DNA of 64,000 nucleotides from Tubiluchus corallicola (taxonomy: Eukaryota > Animalia > Priapulida). Below are positions 1 through 11,800 of the stretch, piece after piece; the first letter of the stretch is position 1; each line of letters starts with the position of its first letter. The translations under genes and the position numbers were made by a program. The stretch is from NCBI GenBank assembly GCA_030141605.1, contig JAQGDQ010000044.1:1-64000 (forward strand). The letters run 5' to 3'. The notes under the pieces were generated by a model. That model had not been told where the DNA came from. It worked only from the letters and a program-made list of their open reading frames with translations, and ran no database searches.

Positions 1-756
1 TGAGATGTCAACAACCGATGAAAATAAGACAGTGCTGTTCTGAGACTTGCGATGGTCATAATCGACAAATAGACAAAGTGTCCTTTAAATATCAAAAAAT
101 TTCTTAAATCTTCTTCTGGAGTTTCCATCCTTCACGGTCGAAATTAAAGGGCACTTTTAAAGGGCACTTTATCTTCGTGATGATCATATCATGAAACTTT
201 AAACTCGAATATTTTTAATTGTGCACTTACTTAGAATGTAACCAAGCCTTCAGTTTGATAGGAACTGCATTTGTTTGAAAATCTAGCCTGTAACGTTTAT
301 GTGTTATTGTTCTTAAAAGCTTTCCATTGTACAGCAAACCATAGTTCAATGTGTGACAACGCACTAGCACACCATAGTACACCATGGTCATTCACTTCAG
401 TATAGCGTTTCTTATTGTTATAACATTTGTTTAATATAACAACAACCCCTGAAGCTACTGTTTTTCACGATGGTCCATGAAATGAGTGAAGAAAGCACTT
501 TTTTCTGACACTCTTTGTAACACTTTTGTTTTAAAATATTCTGTCGAAAAGCAATGAATCACGTTCTTTGGAAGTCTGAGCATATTATGGCAAAACGTCC
601 AGACAATTTAAAGTAAGCATATGTGAACACCTGGATATTTCCTCTACAACTGGCAAAAAATTAAAAAATCCTCTTCAATCTAGGATTCATATTTATGTCT
701 GTGATCGCAAAGCTGATTTTAATAACTTCAGCATTGTGAGCAAGATTACGAATAGC

Positions 757-1050
757 TGGGACTTATTAATAAAAGAAAGTTTGTCTATGTACCTAACTAG
801 CCTTCTCTTAATGTACAAAGTAGTTTAATTCCTTTGACTTTGTTTACAAACACCTAACAATACTTTTATGTATCACCATTCTTTTCTACATGTTTGTTAA
901 TTCACTGGTATTTGTCTTCCTTGTAAATACATAATTAGTGAATTTCTGTACTGTAGGTTCCACTTTAAAACTAATTATTTGTTTATCTAATCTATCAATG
1001 ATGATGACTATAGGTTGCAATCCAAATGTTTGCGACGTGCTTTTAACTTT
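757..1050 (+). mobile_element. Diverged copy of the same Penelope-like repeat
   Basis: gggacttattaataaaagaaagttt and downstream sequence are shared with 46628-46800. Confidence 0.55.
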
Positions 1051-1534
1051 TTATAGCTTTTAATAAAAGTTGTTTTCCTTTTATGAAGTTCAAAAATACT
1101 TATGATACCTATATGCAAACATAACAATAATTGCTGCTGTACATTTTTCTAAGTGTTGTCGATTTTTTATACTCGTTCACTTAAAAGTTACTGAGAAACT
1201 CCTTTCTTAATACATGTAACAGTCAAATTAAACAATTTTCAGCTCTGTGTTACTTGCTTTGGGTCTGATTCAAACAATAATTTAGCTTCATTGCAAAATG
1301 CATTCAAATCATAAGCAGAAAAATCGACGCGAAAGAACGATATACATCATAACTGGGATAATTTTTTATAGCAGGTACAATTATCTCACATTAATTGTTT
1401 GTAAAGGGAGTCAGCAAACTTCGTCATAACTAGTGACTTTAAGATAGACAGCTGTTTGACAAATTAGTAATTTGTTCGATTTTTTCGCGCTTTTAATAAT
1501 TTCTAGACTTTTGTATGCAGACACATGCAAGCAT

Positions 1535-1590
1535 GCACGCACACACACGCACACACGCACGCACGCACGCACACACACACACACACACAC
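1535..1590. repeat. (CA)n/(CACG)n microsatellite
   Basis: Direct reading. Confidence 0.9.
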
Positions 1591-2955
1591 CGAGCAAAAT
1601 TCCTTGTCTGATGAAAGCTGGGCAAAGCATCCAACTAAAAGGACAAAATTTTTAGTGAAACAACTAATGAAGAAAAATTTATTGTAGCTGTGCAGAGCTA
1701 TTTGATAATTCATCTAGGTTACAACAAAAAATTATTTGATTTAAAACATTCAACCTTCTTTTAAACCTAATTGTATAAGTAAATACATAATTACAGTAAA
1801 ATGGTTAAACTTCAATAAATTTTAATAAGATAAGTTAAAACAAATAGACATTTACAATGACAAAGGTTTTAGAAACAGCTACAGTATGTTTTTCCACATA
1901 TATATATTATTTTGTCTTTATACAATATACTAGTAATAGAATAATAAATAGAGATATATACACAACAGTGTAAATGTTTCTGCACACTTTATGTAACAGA
2001 ACGACAACAATAATGTTAAGAATTAGGCCTAATTAAATCAGCAAAATAAAACCAAATGCCTTTGTAAATAAATTTTATATCAGTTTGTCAACATGGGTTA
2101 CAATTATTTATAGTTTCAAAAGTAAAAATTTCTGCTATACAGATAACAACATCAGCATAACGGCCATAATTATTGCCATAAAGTTTATTTTATAATAGCA
2201 TTAACAGGATTAGTAATAAAGCAAACTGATTTTATGTTCTCACTGTAATTTGTTGATGATTTCCAAGACTCACAAACTCGTTGAAAAAAGTTACATGTGT
2301 GCAACATGATGTCATTTTGGCAATTGGCTGAAATGATGCATGTTTCATTTTAGATATAATAGCGTCCCTGAAAAATACTACTTAAACGAAGAATTATTAA
2401 AATAAATAATAATGGTGTAGTAGTCATTTCAATGATTCATCATATCCCTTTTGCAATTTCTATTTTTTCACTGGCCATCATTTTATTTATCATTATCATC
2501 ATTATTATTATCATCATCATCACAATCACCATCATCCTCACCCTCACCATTAATAATGTAATTGGTAACGAATTTAATAATTGTAATTTACTTCACGTCT
2601 TCTACAGTTCTCTCATGTATTTTACAACATTTGCTGTTATCTTGATAAACAGTATCAACAGTCCCCATTAACATCTCAATAGTACTATAATGACTGTCAC
2701 CATCGCTGCAGTCACACGATAATCAATTCAGTTGCATTTGAAGGAAGCCTGCAGCAGTTTATTCGAATTATTTTGTTGGCACCGATAGACAAAAAACTGG
2801 AGACGTTTGTGAAACAGTGTGGAAGAAATGTGCGCATGCGTTGCAAGGTGTTTGAAAAAAGACATTGGCACATGCAATAATTGATAAGTGATTAACCACT
2901 TTAGTGACAGTGTCTACAATGGCATTGTATTTTCAGGAAAGGCACAACGCTGAGG

Positions 2956-3003
2956 TCATAACACTGTGTCGAGTACAGACAGACCCTTGAGAATAGTTTC
3001 ATC
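2956..3003 (-). CDS. KCNIP: KChIP terminal coding exon with stop codon
   Basis: tttttctag|GATGAAACTATT...TTATGA. Encodes DETILKGLSVLDTVL*, similar to the KChIP C-terminal helix (DENIMRSMQLFENVI). Confidence 0.9.
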   Translation of the reverse strand, partial: DETILKGLSVLDTVL

Positions 3004-3323
3004 CTAGAAAAAAGAAATTACTCTAAGTATCGTACAATCTTTACTAGTAACTAGATTATTACATTTTCTAGTAGCTTGTATTTATAATTGTAATTCATAA
3101 ATACAAACCTTTTTATTAAATAAAAGCTATTATTTTTTAATTTAAAATCTATTAATAGCAATGCATCTAGTAGGTGTTATATTTAGTAGAAGAAAGTCTG
3201 TTAAAGAGAGCGATATAGTAACGAGCTTAATGAGGAAATTATTATCATTTTCTCAAACGATTTTGGCAGTTGATATGGTGGAGCCTTCAGTGGGTGTGTA
3301 TAATCTTGACCAACATCCAAACT

Positions 3324-3706
3324 AATAAGCCTTTCGCGGTTTCACTGTGCCAAGCGAAGTTGCTGTAGGACAAAGGTTAAGTATACCGTAGCAACGCGTC
3401 TTAATTACAACCGTCACATGACAAGGGAGTAAAGCAAAGCCGCCTACCTCATCGGTTCAGTAACTTCACTTGTTTACGTGAACTTTACTTAATTATGCAT
3501 TAGTCTGTGATTTACTAAGCAGGATCTTGCTTAGGAACAAGAAATAATGAACTTGGCAAGGTTCTGGTTACCTGCTAAAAATGTTACCATTACAATAGCA
3601 TGGGCTGCGAGGTATTGTCAAGCGTACATAAATGCAATGTCTGGTGCACTTAACCTTTGACCTTTTACGATCATCATCAATCGCTGGAACCGAGAAAACG
3701 CTTATT
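3324..3706. mobile_element. MITE family A, copy 1
   Basis: Imperfect TIR aataagcctttcgcggtttc/gaaccgagaaaacgcttatt; internal IR aaaggttaagt/acttaacctttgacct; homologous to 22943-23330 and 52736-59499. Confidence 0.8.
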
Positions 3707-3789
3707 CCTTTATATCTCCATAGCCGCTGATGCCAAAGCACTCAAACTTGTACATGGTCAGTAATCTTGTATTACGTTTTTTACTGTAA

Positions 3790-4466
3790 AGCTACGACTC
3801 CATGTGAACGTAATGCGTGGTGCGTGATGTGTGATCTGTAATGCGTATACAACAGTTTGCATTTAAACATGTAGAAATGATTCCATGTGTACGTAATGCG
3901 CGACGCGTGACGCGCGATCCGTGTTCATTCGAACGTGATCGCTGTCGTCCGAATACGCATCAAGCAGCAATACGCAAACTGGAAGCCGCCGTTGCCTAGG
4001 TGACTATAGCGAGTTTTCAAGTTTCCGGTGTCCATTTTTGCTGTTTAACTTTCTGAAAATTCTAGTTAGGTGAGTTTTGGTTATCTTAGGATCTACAAAC
4101 AATAGCATTTTTTTCTATTTGAGTTTTTAAGAGGTGGAAGAAGCATGTAGTTATGTGTTGTGCATACCACTGCAGTTTTTCACTAAAATTAATGACGATA
4201 CATGCCGTATTGTTCTCTCCCCTGCATAATGTTGTGCAACCAAAACCTCTGCTTTTTTGTGATCTTTTCCGTTTAACAGTACAATAATATGCTAATGCTG
4301 CAGCTATAATTACCACGCTTAAATTTCGACAGAGACATGGTTTCCAAAAATTGTTACTTGCAATTTCCACGAATAGCGACCAAAATGGCGGAAACAGTCT
4401 GTACGCATCACACATTACGGATCACAGGTAACACATTACGCATTATGTGCACATGGAGTCGTAGCT
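3790..4466. mobile_element. PIF/Harbinger-like MITE
   Basis: Perfect 17-bp TIR AGCTACGACTCCATGTG with further imperfect subterminal pairing; TAA flanks both ends. Confidence 0.8.
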
Positions 4467-5555
4467 TAAGACTTCTCCAAAACTACTCAAGCCAAGTAGT
4501 TGAAACTTGACACGTAGGTTGTCCTAGGCATCACTGTGGCCACCGCTTGATCTTGGTTATGACTTGAAAATTGGTAGAGTAAGTTAAAGATAATGTGAAT
4601 CATGCAGGAACGGATAAAGATTCTAATCTCTCTTATGGCTCAGCTAAAGTGTCGGCAGCAATCTTATATCATCAAATGAGGAGTTAAGCAAGCTTCCCAG
4701 ACTTTTTTAGTTTGATTTTAGAAAGCTTTGATTGTCATAACATTACTAACTTCAAAATTAACAGCAGTAGCAGCAGCAGGAGTAGTAGTAGTAGTATTGG
4801 TAGTGGTAGTGGTAGTGGTAGCGGTAGTGGTAGTAGTAGTAGTAGTAGTAGTAGTAATAATTATAATACTATAATATTATAGTACACTGTAACACGTCTG
4901 GTGTTCAAAAGGATTTGTATTTAAAAGAATTCATGCTGTTGTAAATTGTAACTAATAACACAGTGCGCAGGTGTGTTTACTACATGCTACGCAATTGCTG
5001 TTATTAGACGTTGGTATTTATGAATTACCCCAAGTTATTATACAAGATAATATTCAAATAACTACAAAAGTTAATGTGAAATTTATAGCACTTAGGCTAG
5101 TACTAATGAAATTTACTGTGTGAATTATTAAAACTATCATTTTTAGTAACCTGGCGTGATATGAACATTGTACACAACCTTTAAATTGAAACTAGAAATT
5201 TTGGTTTTACTACTGGTAATGGTTAGTATGAACTTCAGCTGACTAGTAATGGTTCTTCTTCTGATTACGTGACACACATTAGTCACACAAATACAATGTT
5301 CTTGTCAACAGCGATCCTGGACAGAATTCTCATAGCATCAACGGGCTTCAGGTTGACAAAAATCTCAAAACAGTTTTTTGCAGCTGATGTTGGACTCATG
5401 GAAATTTCTGCAGTGGATAAATACTTAACAAAAAAACCAAAACACTGACCTAGTACATTAGTAGTGTGATTAGTACATTAGGAGGAAGTTCAAGCAATGT
5501 TTGTCTGCAAAAAACTCGAAAGTATAACTGTAATTGCTTAGAAATATATAAGTAC

Positions 5556-5618
5556 CTTCATACAGACTTCCATAAATTCTTCCATTGTGAGCACACCATC
5601 TTTATTTAAATCCATTTT
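5556..5618 (-). CDS. KCNIP: KChIP core exon (63 nt), EF-hand 4
   Basis: gttgttgtag|AAAATG...ATGAAG|gtactt. Encodes KMDLNKDGVLTMEEFMEVCMK. Confidence 0.95.
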
Positions 5619-5839
5619 CTACAACAACAACAACAACTGATTAGTCAACATATTTCGTGTGATCATATTTTGATTAAAACAACTATGCAACAATGATAAT
5701 GACGACAGAAGGAAGAGTAGTGAAGGGAAGGAAGAGAGTGCTAGAGAAGGTAGAAGAGAAAGGAAGCAGAAAATAGGAGACGGAGGAGGAAGAGGATGAG
5801 TGAACGTGAAGAGGGAGGGTCAAGGACGACAAACAGCTG

Positions 5840-6030
5840 GGGGTGGTGATGGTAGTGAAGGATGTGGTGGTGGTGGTGGTGGTGTGGAGTGGTGGTGGTG
5901 GTGATGGTGGTGGCGTTGGGATTGTGGTGTTGATGACGATGGTGGAAGTGCGGTGGTGGTGTTGGTGGCAGAGGCAGTAGTTGTGGTGGCTTTGGGGTAG
6001 TGGTGGTGGTGGTGGTGGTGGCGGTGGGGT
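5840..6030. repeat. Degenerate (GGT)n tract
   Basis: Direct reading. Confidence 0.85.
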
Positions 6031-6339
6031 TGGGCTGGTGGTTAGGGTGGATACGATGGCAGTGTGGGGATGATGGTTTGGATGATACTGGCAATGACAA
6101 CAGCTATGACAATAATGACAAGAACAGTGATATTTTTCCTAGATAGTTGTACTCATTGTAACTTATATAGAAAGGAGTCTCTAGAGCATCAGTGCAGTTT
6201 AATGCATGACAATGGCAGATTTGCAGCTGAACCGGAAATAAGTTCATCAAGAATTTATCATTTAATTTCCCCAGAAACAAGAAACGAATTATTGTTACTC
6301 AGTTAATGCAACATCAACTGGGACATAGACATCACTTAC

Positions 6340-6552
6340 AGCGAATATGCGTTCCACGTGAGCTTGTGTGGTACGTTCTTCAATCAGTGGCTCTGTATAA
6401 CGTCCTAGCATATCGTATATGGAAGATATGATATCCTTCATCTCGTCTTTTGTAATGTAGCCATCATGGTTAATATCGTACAGATTGAAGGCCCACTGCA
6501 GTTTCTCAGCGGCAGATCCTCTTGCAAGAACTGAGATGCCCAGCACAAAATC
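6340..6552 (-). CDS. KCNIP: KChIP core exon (213 nt), EF-hand 3
   Basis: cttatag|GATTTT...TTCGCT|gtaagt. Encodes DFVLGISVLARGSAAEKLQWAFNLYDINHDGYITKDEM...HVERIFA. Confidence 0.96.
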
Positions 6553-6773
6553 CTATAAGCAATAATGACAGTTCACAATAGTTTGCTAGCAAAGTAGCAT
6601 CGGTTGTCACCATCAGTTTCAAAAACCCAGATGTAATGCGAATGCTCCTCAGGCCGTGTATAATCAGTCACCTTCTTAGAACAGTTTCGTTGTCCCTATT
6701 ATAAGTATTTGGGCATTGCAAATATCATAAACGTTGTGACGATTATCCTAACAATAAAATGGACTATGCTCAT

Positions 6774-7955
6774 TGTGACGACCACTGGCACCATTTTTGA
6801 CTCTCTATGGTGTATTGTATAAAAGAATAAATAGTTTTGTCAGGAATGCGAAATAGGGGTTGTCTTTTACTTTATCCGAGCACGCCAGAGTTCATCACAT
6901 GTGGATAAAAACAATTTTTAATACTAATTTTTTAAGGCAAGGGGTTTTTATCCAGACTTTTTTTACCGAGGGTCCTAGTAGTTTGATTAAAACTGATGCT
7001 ATTTTAGGCCATTATAATTTGTACTTAGAAATGACGAGGACGAACAGGAGGACAAACAAACGTTATTGCTTTTTTTTATAAAAAAACGTGTAAAAATTAT
7101 TTAGTGGTAATTTCAAAAATAATATTTCTACAAATCACTTACATACATACATATAACGAAAGAATTCAGTAAACCCCATCCCAGGTATAATAGGAAGAGA
7201 GGAGAGGATAATTACCGAAGAGTTCCATTGTCGCTGCAGCTGTACCAATGGGCTAGCCTCAGGTCGTGATACCGTGGGTCCAGTTATCCAGGATCACATC
7301 TCAAGAATCAAGAAACCACACTGCTGGGGCTCACGCATTGCAGACTCCACCACCAGAGTGTTAGAAACAAGGATCCAGGGTCTCGAAACGTCTCCGTTTA
7401 CTCCTATACTGTAGGAGTCAGCAAATGACGGAGGAAAGGAGAAAAGTTCCTCGTTCCCCGTCTTCAACTAGGCAACCTCCTTAGGCAGTTCCAAACTCCA
7501 CCCAACAACCGTCATGATCTACGTGGCCAGATTACGAACACGACGAAGTTTCCTGCATACTAGTAACACTGCCTAGGAACCGTCTGGTTTCCTCTCAGAG
7601 AAATTTGATTACACTGAGAACACCAAAACTAGCGAACTCACTATGAGATCTCAAAAGTTATGAGATCTCAAACTTGCTGCCACAAAACGTGTGCTTCCAA
7701 CGCAGCTTAAAAACCCGTAATGGCGGCAATAAGGAAAAATCACGGTTCAATGCTTTTCCAGGAGCGCGAAAATTATCCTGTAACCATTCAAGACATGTGA
7801 CAGGAAGATCGCCATCAAACAGGGAAAAGGGGAGAGGTATTAAAGGATGGGCAGAAAACCAACCCAAACATAAAACAGAAATGAATATTTTATTTGGAGT
7901 ACAAAATGAACTTTAGCATAATTTTAATACGGACGAGGACGTCTGTGACGTCACA
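6774..7955 (-). repeat. 3' LTR of the Gypsy element
   Basis: tgtgacg...cgtcaca. About 5 differences (counted by eye) from the copy at 14440-15621. Confidence 0.96.
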
Positions 7956-7959
7956 GAAG

Positions 7960-7968
7960 CCCTCCCCC
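7960..7968 (-). promoter_or_regulatory. Polypurine tract
   Basis: GGGGGAGGG on the minus strand, 4 nt before the 3' LTR. Confidence 0.8.
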
Positions 7969-8878
7969 AAGAGTGTGGTAACACTCTTAACCAATGGACG
8001 TATTAAAAGTATCTGGAGTGCATTTTGGTACAACATACATACATCATGGACACAATGCCACAGATCCTAACTACTATATTGGAACAGGGGTCACAAATCT
8101 CTATTACTATTAAAAGTATATACAATAGCACACACAAAAAGAAACAAAAAAAATTGCAACTGACAGGTCATTGAACCAATATGAAAAGAATTGGTAATGG
8201 TAATGTCAATCATTGCATTACAAAATTACAATATAACTCAAAAGAACGTCACCAAAGTTAAGTACTTGCACAAACACAGTTCACAAAATTCTCCTGAGAG
8301 AAGCCGAAAGAAGATACCCTAAAATGGTTATATGAATCACATTAAAGGTTAAATGTACATGGTACTAAAAATACACTGCTAGCAGATTTTAACAGTGTGA
8401 GTGCTCAATGATCACACTGGGCTTCAACTCAAACATGGATATGTCCTCAAAGCAGGAAATCCTAGCTATGATTAACAATAACAATGTCGTCTCACAAACA
8501 ACAAGAATTGTAACCAAACATCGCTCAACGTCCTTCCATATGAATACAAGAAAGGGTGACTACGATAAGAGCAAATTGTGAAGAGTAATTTGTATTTGGT
8601 AACAATAAAGTAAGAGAAAAACTCTCACCTACCTAATGACTACACAGTAATACAAATAATTTTCATATTCGTCAGTGCAGCTAGAATTAGCAACAATAAA
8701 CATCAACAAAAGCATCTATATACATCACTACTACAAGAATTCAATTACATCAATATATAAATCGTGAAAATGTCAAGTGACTCAATGTGCGCCAAAAATC
8801 AATGTTTAACGCTAAAAGCAAGACTATCAGATATTATGCGATCTAGGAAAGGAAAAAAAAACGTTCTCCATTTTCGAA

Positions 8879-11800
8879 TCACAAACGCGACAGAGCATCC
8901 GCCACTCTGTTTTCACAACCAGGGACATGTTCTATATCAAATGCGTATTCACTTAATTTAAGTGCCCAGTGGCATAATCTACGATTTTTCGTTTTCATTT
9001 TATCCAAAGCAAGCAAACTGCACTGATCAGTACGAACAGTAAAATGTCGACCTTCCAAGTAGTATCTTAGTTTCTCAACACTGAACACTACACTCAAACA
9101 TTCAAGCTCCACCACAGAGTACCTAGTCTCTGGCTGAGTCAACTTGCGACTAATATATGTTATTGGCACTTCAGCTAACCCGTCTCCCTTATCTTGAGAC
9201 AGAACAGCCCCTAAACCGATAAAGCTAGCATCAGTGGTTAGGTAAAAGGGCTTAGTAAAGTCTGGTGAATGGAGTACGGACTCGGAAGATAATGCATCTT
9301 GAAGCTGACGAAAGCTACTTTCAGTGGCCTCAGTCCACTCAACTTGGACCGGGGCATACTTTTCAGTAAGAGCATGGAGAGGCGCCGCGATGCTACTAAA
9401 ATGGGGGATAAAACGCCTATAAAAACTGACCATACCCAAAAACCTGCGCACCTGCGTTTTTGTCTGTGGGCGCAAAAATTGACGTATCCGTTCCACTTTG
9501 GATAATTGTGGTTTAAGTCTATTTTTCCCCACTACATATCCCAGGAATTCGACTTCCTGTTGTGCAAAATGACATTTTTTAGGTTTAACTGTCACTCCAG
9601 CCTTGCGAATGTTGTAAAGTGTGTAATCAACATGCTTTAAATGATCAGTCCAGTTTGGAGATTTAATGATAACATCATCAATATACCCACTAGAACAATA
9701 TGAAACCGGATCTAATATGCGGTCAATAAGAGACTGAGCCGAGGCTGCAGCATTCATTAACCCAAAAGGCATAACAGTAAACTCAAATTTACCGAAATTA
9801 GTAACAAAGGCTGAAACAGGCTGAGATTCCGGGGCCAATTCAATTTGCCAATAGGCTTTTGACAAATCTAGAGTTGATATCCACTTTGCGCCATGAAGAT
9901 CATCAATCATGTCGTCTGGACGTGGTGTTGGATAAGGTGAAAATATTGTTCTCTTGTTCAAGGCTCTGTAGTCAACACATGGACGCCACTGGCTAACGCC
10001 ATCCATAGGAGGCTTGGGAACAACTAGCATTGGAGATGAATACTCGGAATCCGAACGACGAATGACACCCAAATCTAACATATCTTTGATTTCTTTACGG
10101 ATAATATCTAAACGAGCTTGCGGTACTCGATAAGAATGCTGTTGGACAGGGGTCTTGTCATGAAGGTTAATGTAATGTTGAACCAATTTTGTTCTGCCGG
10201 GAAGATCGGTAAACATCTGGGGGTATGAATGGAATATGTTCCTCATTTGTTCCTTAGCTTCCTCAGATAAATAGTCAGGCAATTCGACATCCTCCACAGA
10301 TTGTGTGGCAACTGCAGTTGGGAAAAATGCATACTCTGGAAGATCACAAGCTTCGGTTTTGCCAGAACCTATCTTGTTACAAGTCTCTTCAACTTCTTGC
10401 CAGTTAATAGAAGCATCATCCCTGTCTTCATTGTGTAGAGCCATAAGAACAAGTTCTTCTTCTCTATCAATGTAAGCTTTAAGTCTGTTAGCATGAAACG
10501 TACTTAAGCTTCTCCTACTTCCAGGCTTACCTAGCTTGACTCGATAAGTGCATTCAGAGAGTTTGTCAACTATGGGGTATGGACCACGCCATGTAGTTGC
10601 CATCTTACTACCCTTTTTCATCCGTTGAACAAGGACTTTATCACCAATATTGAAACTACGTTGCTTAGATACACGATCAAACCAAGATTTTTGAGCAAGT
10701 TTAGCCCTCCTAAGAGAATTGTGTGCATCCTCTAAGGTTTCATCCAATGTGTTTATGATACGGGAGACATAGTCATCCACGTCTTCCAGCTCAGGTAGTT
10801 TCTCACAGCCCCACCGCTCTTTCAACATAGCTAAAGGGCCCCGAAGTGGGTAACCAAAAACTAATTCATTGGGGGAGTAATGAGTAGACTCCTGGGGAAC
10901 TTCACGATAGGCAAACAGAACGAATGGAATAGCCAAATCCCAAGGAAGGTGGGGATGATCTTGAATAAGTTTTCTGATAGAGGCTTTGAGTGTGGAATTG
11001 TATCGTTCAACAAGACCATTGGTTGAAGGGGCATAAGCAGAAGTATAGATACCTTTGACCCCAAGCTGTTCTTCCAACTGCTGAGTAAGCTTGGAAGTGA
11101 ACTGAGTTCCTCTATCAGTCAGTATTTCTTTTGGAATGCCATATCTGCAGCAAAATTCTACCAGTTTGTTTAGAATAGTTGTTGTTTCAATATTTGGGAT
11201 GGGATAGCAATCCGGATAACGAGTGGCGTGATCTACAATCACTAAAGCGTACTTATTCCCATCTGGAGTACGACTAAGAGGACCTATGATGTCCATGCCA
11301 ATGCGGAAAAATGGCTGCTTTGGTATTGGTAAAGGACGGAGAGGAAGCCTATCACCTTTCTGTAAACGACCATTTTTCTGACATGAAGGGCAAGAACGGC
11401 AGTAACTCCGCACAACGTGTTTTATCTTGGGCCAAATGTATTCCATAAGAATACGGTCTGCTGTTTTCCTAATGCCTAGGTGACCCGCCATTTTGTTATC
11501 ATGAGCAATTTCAAGGACTTGGCGCCGACGAGATTTAGGAAGAACTAAAAGTTCTCTAGGTTTGCCAGCCTTAGTGTGCTTACAGAGATAATAAAGCATT
11601 CCATCTTTAAGGAAATATCCTTTTCCATTCTGCTCTGCAATTTCAAATGTTGTAGCGTGATCAATGTAGTTTGCTAATGAAGGGTCATTACGTTGTTCTT
11701 GTTTGAGTTGTTCAAACGAGACAGTAATCAACTGAGCCTGCTCTTGTTTGAATTGTTCTAGGTTAGAATGTTCTTGTGTAGAATATGTACTGTGTTCAAG

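Noticed and set aside
5283-5408. Possible alternative last exon after ccactgcag
   Set aside because: In the required phase it reads KFP*; the longer frame is in the wrong phase.
7658-7916. Small ORFs duplicated at 15324-15582
   Set aside because: They lie inside the LTRs; the duplication reflects LTR identity and no domain is recognisable.
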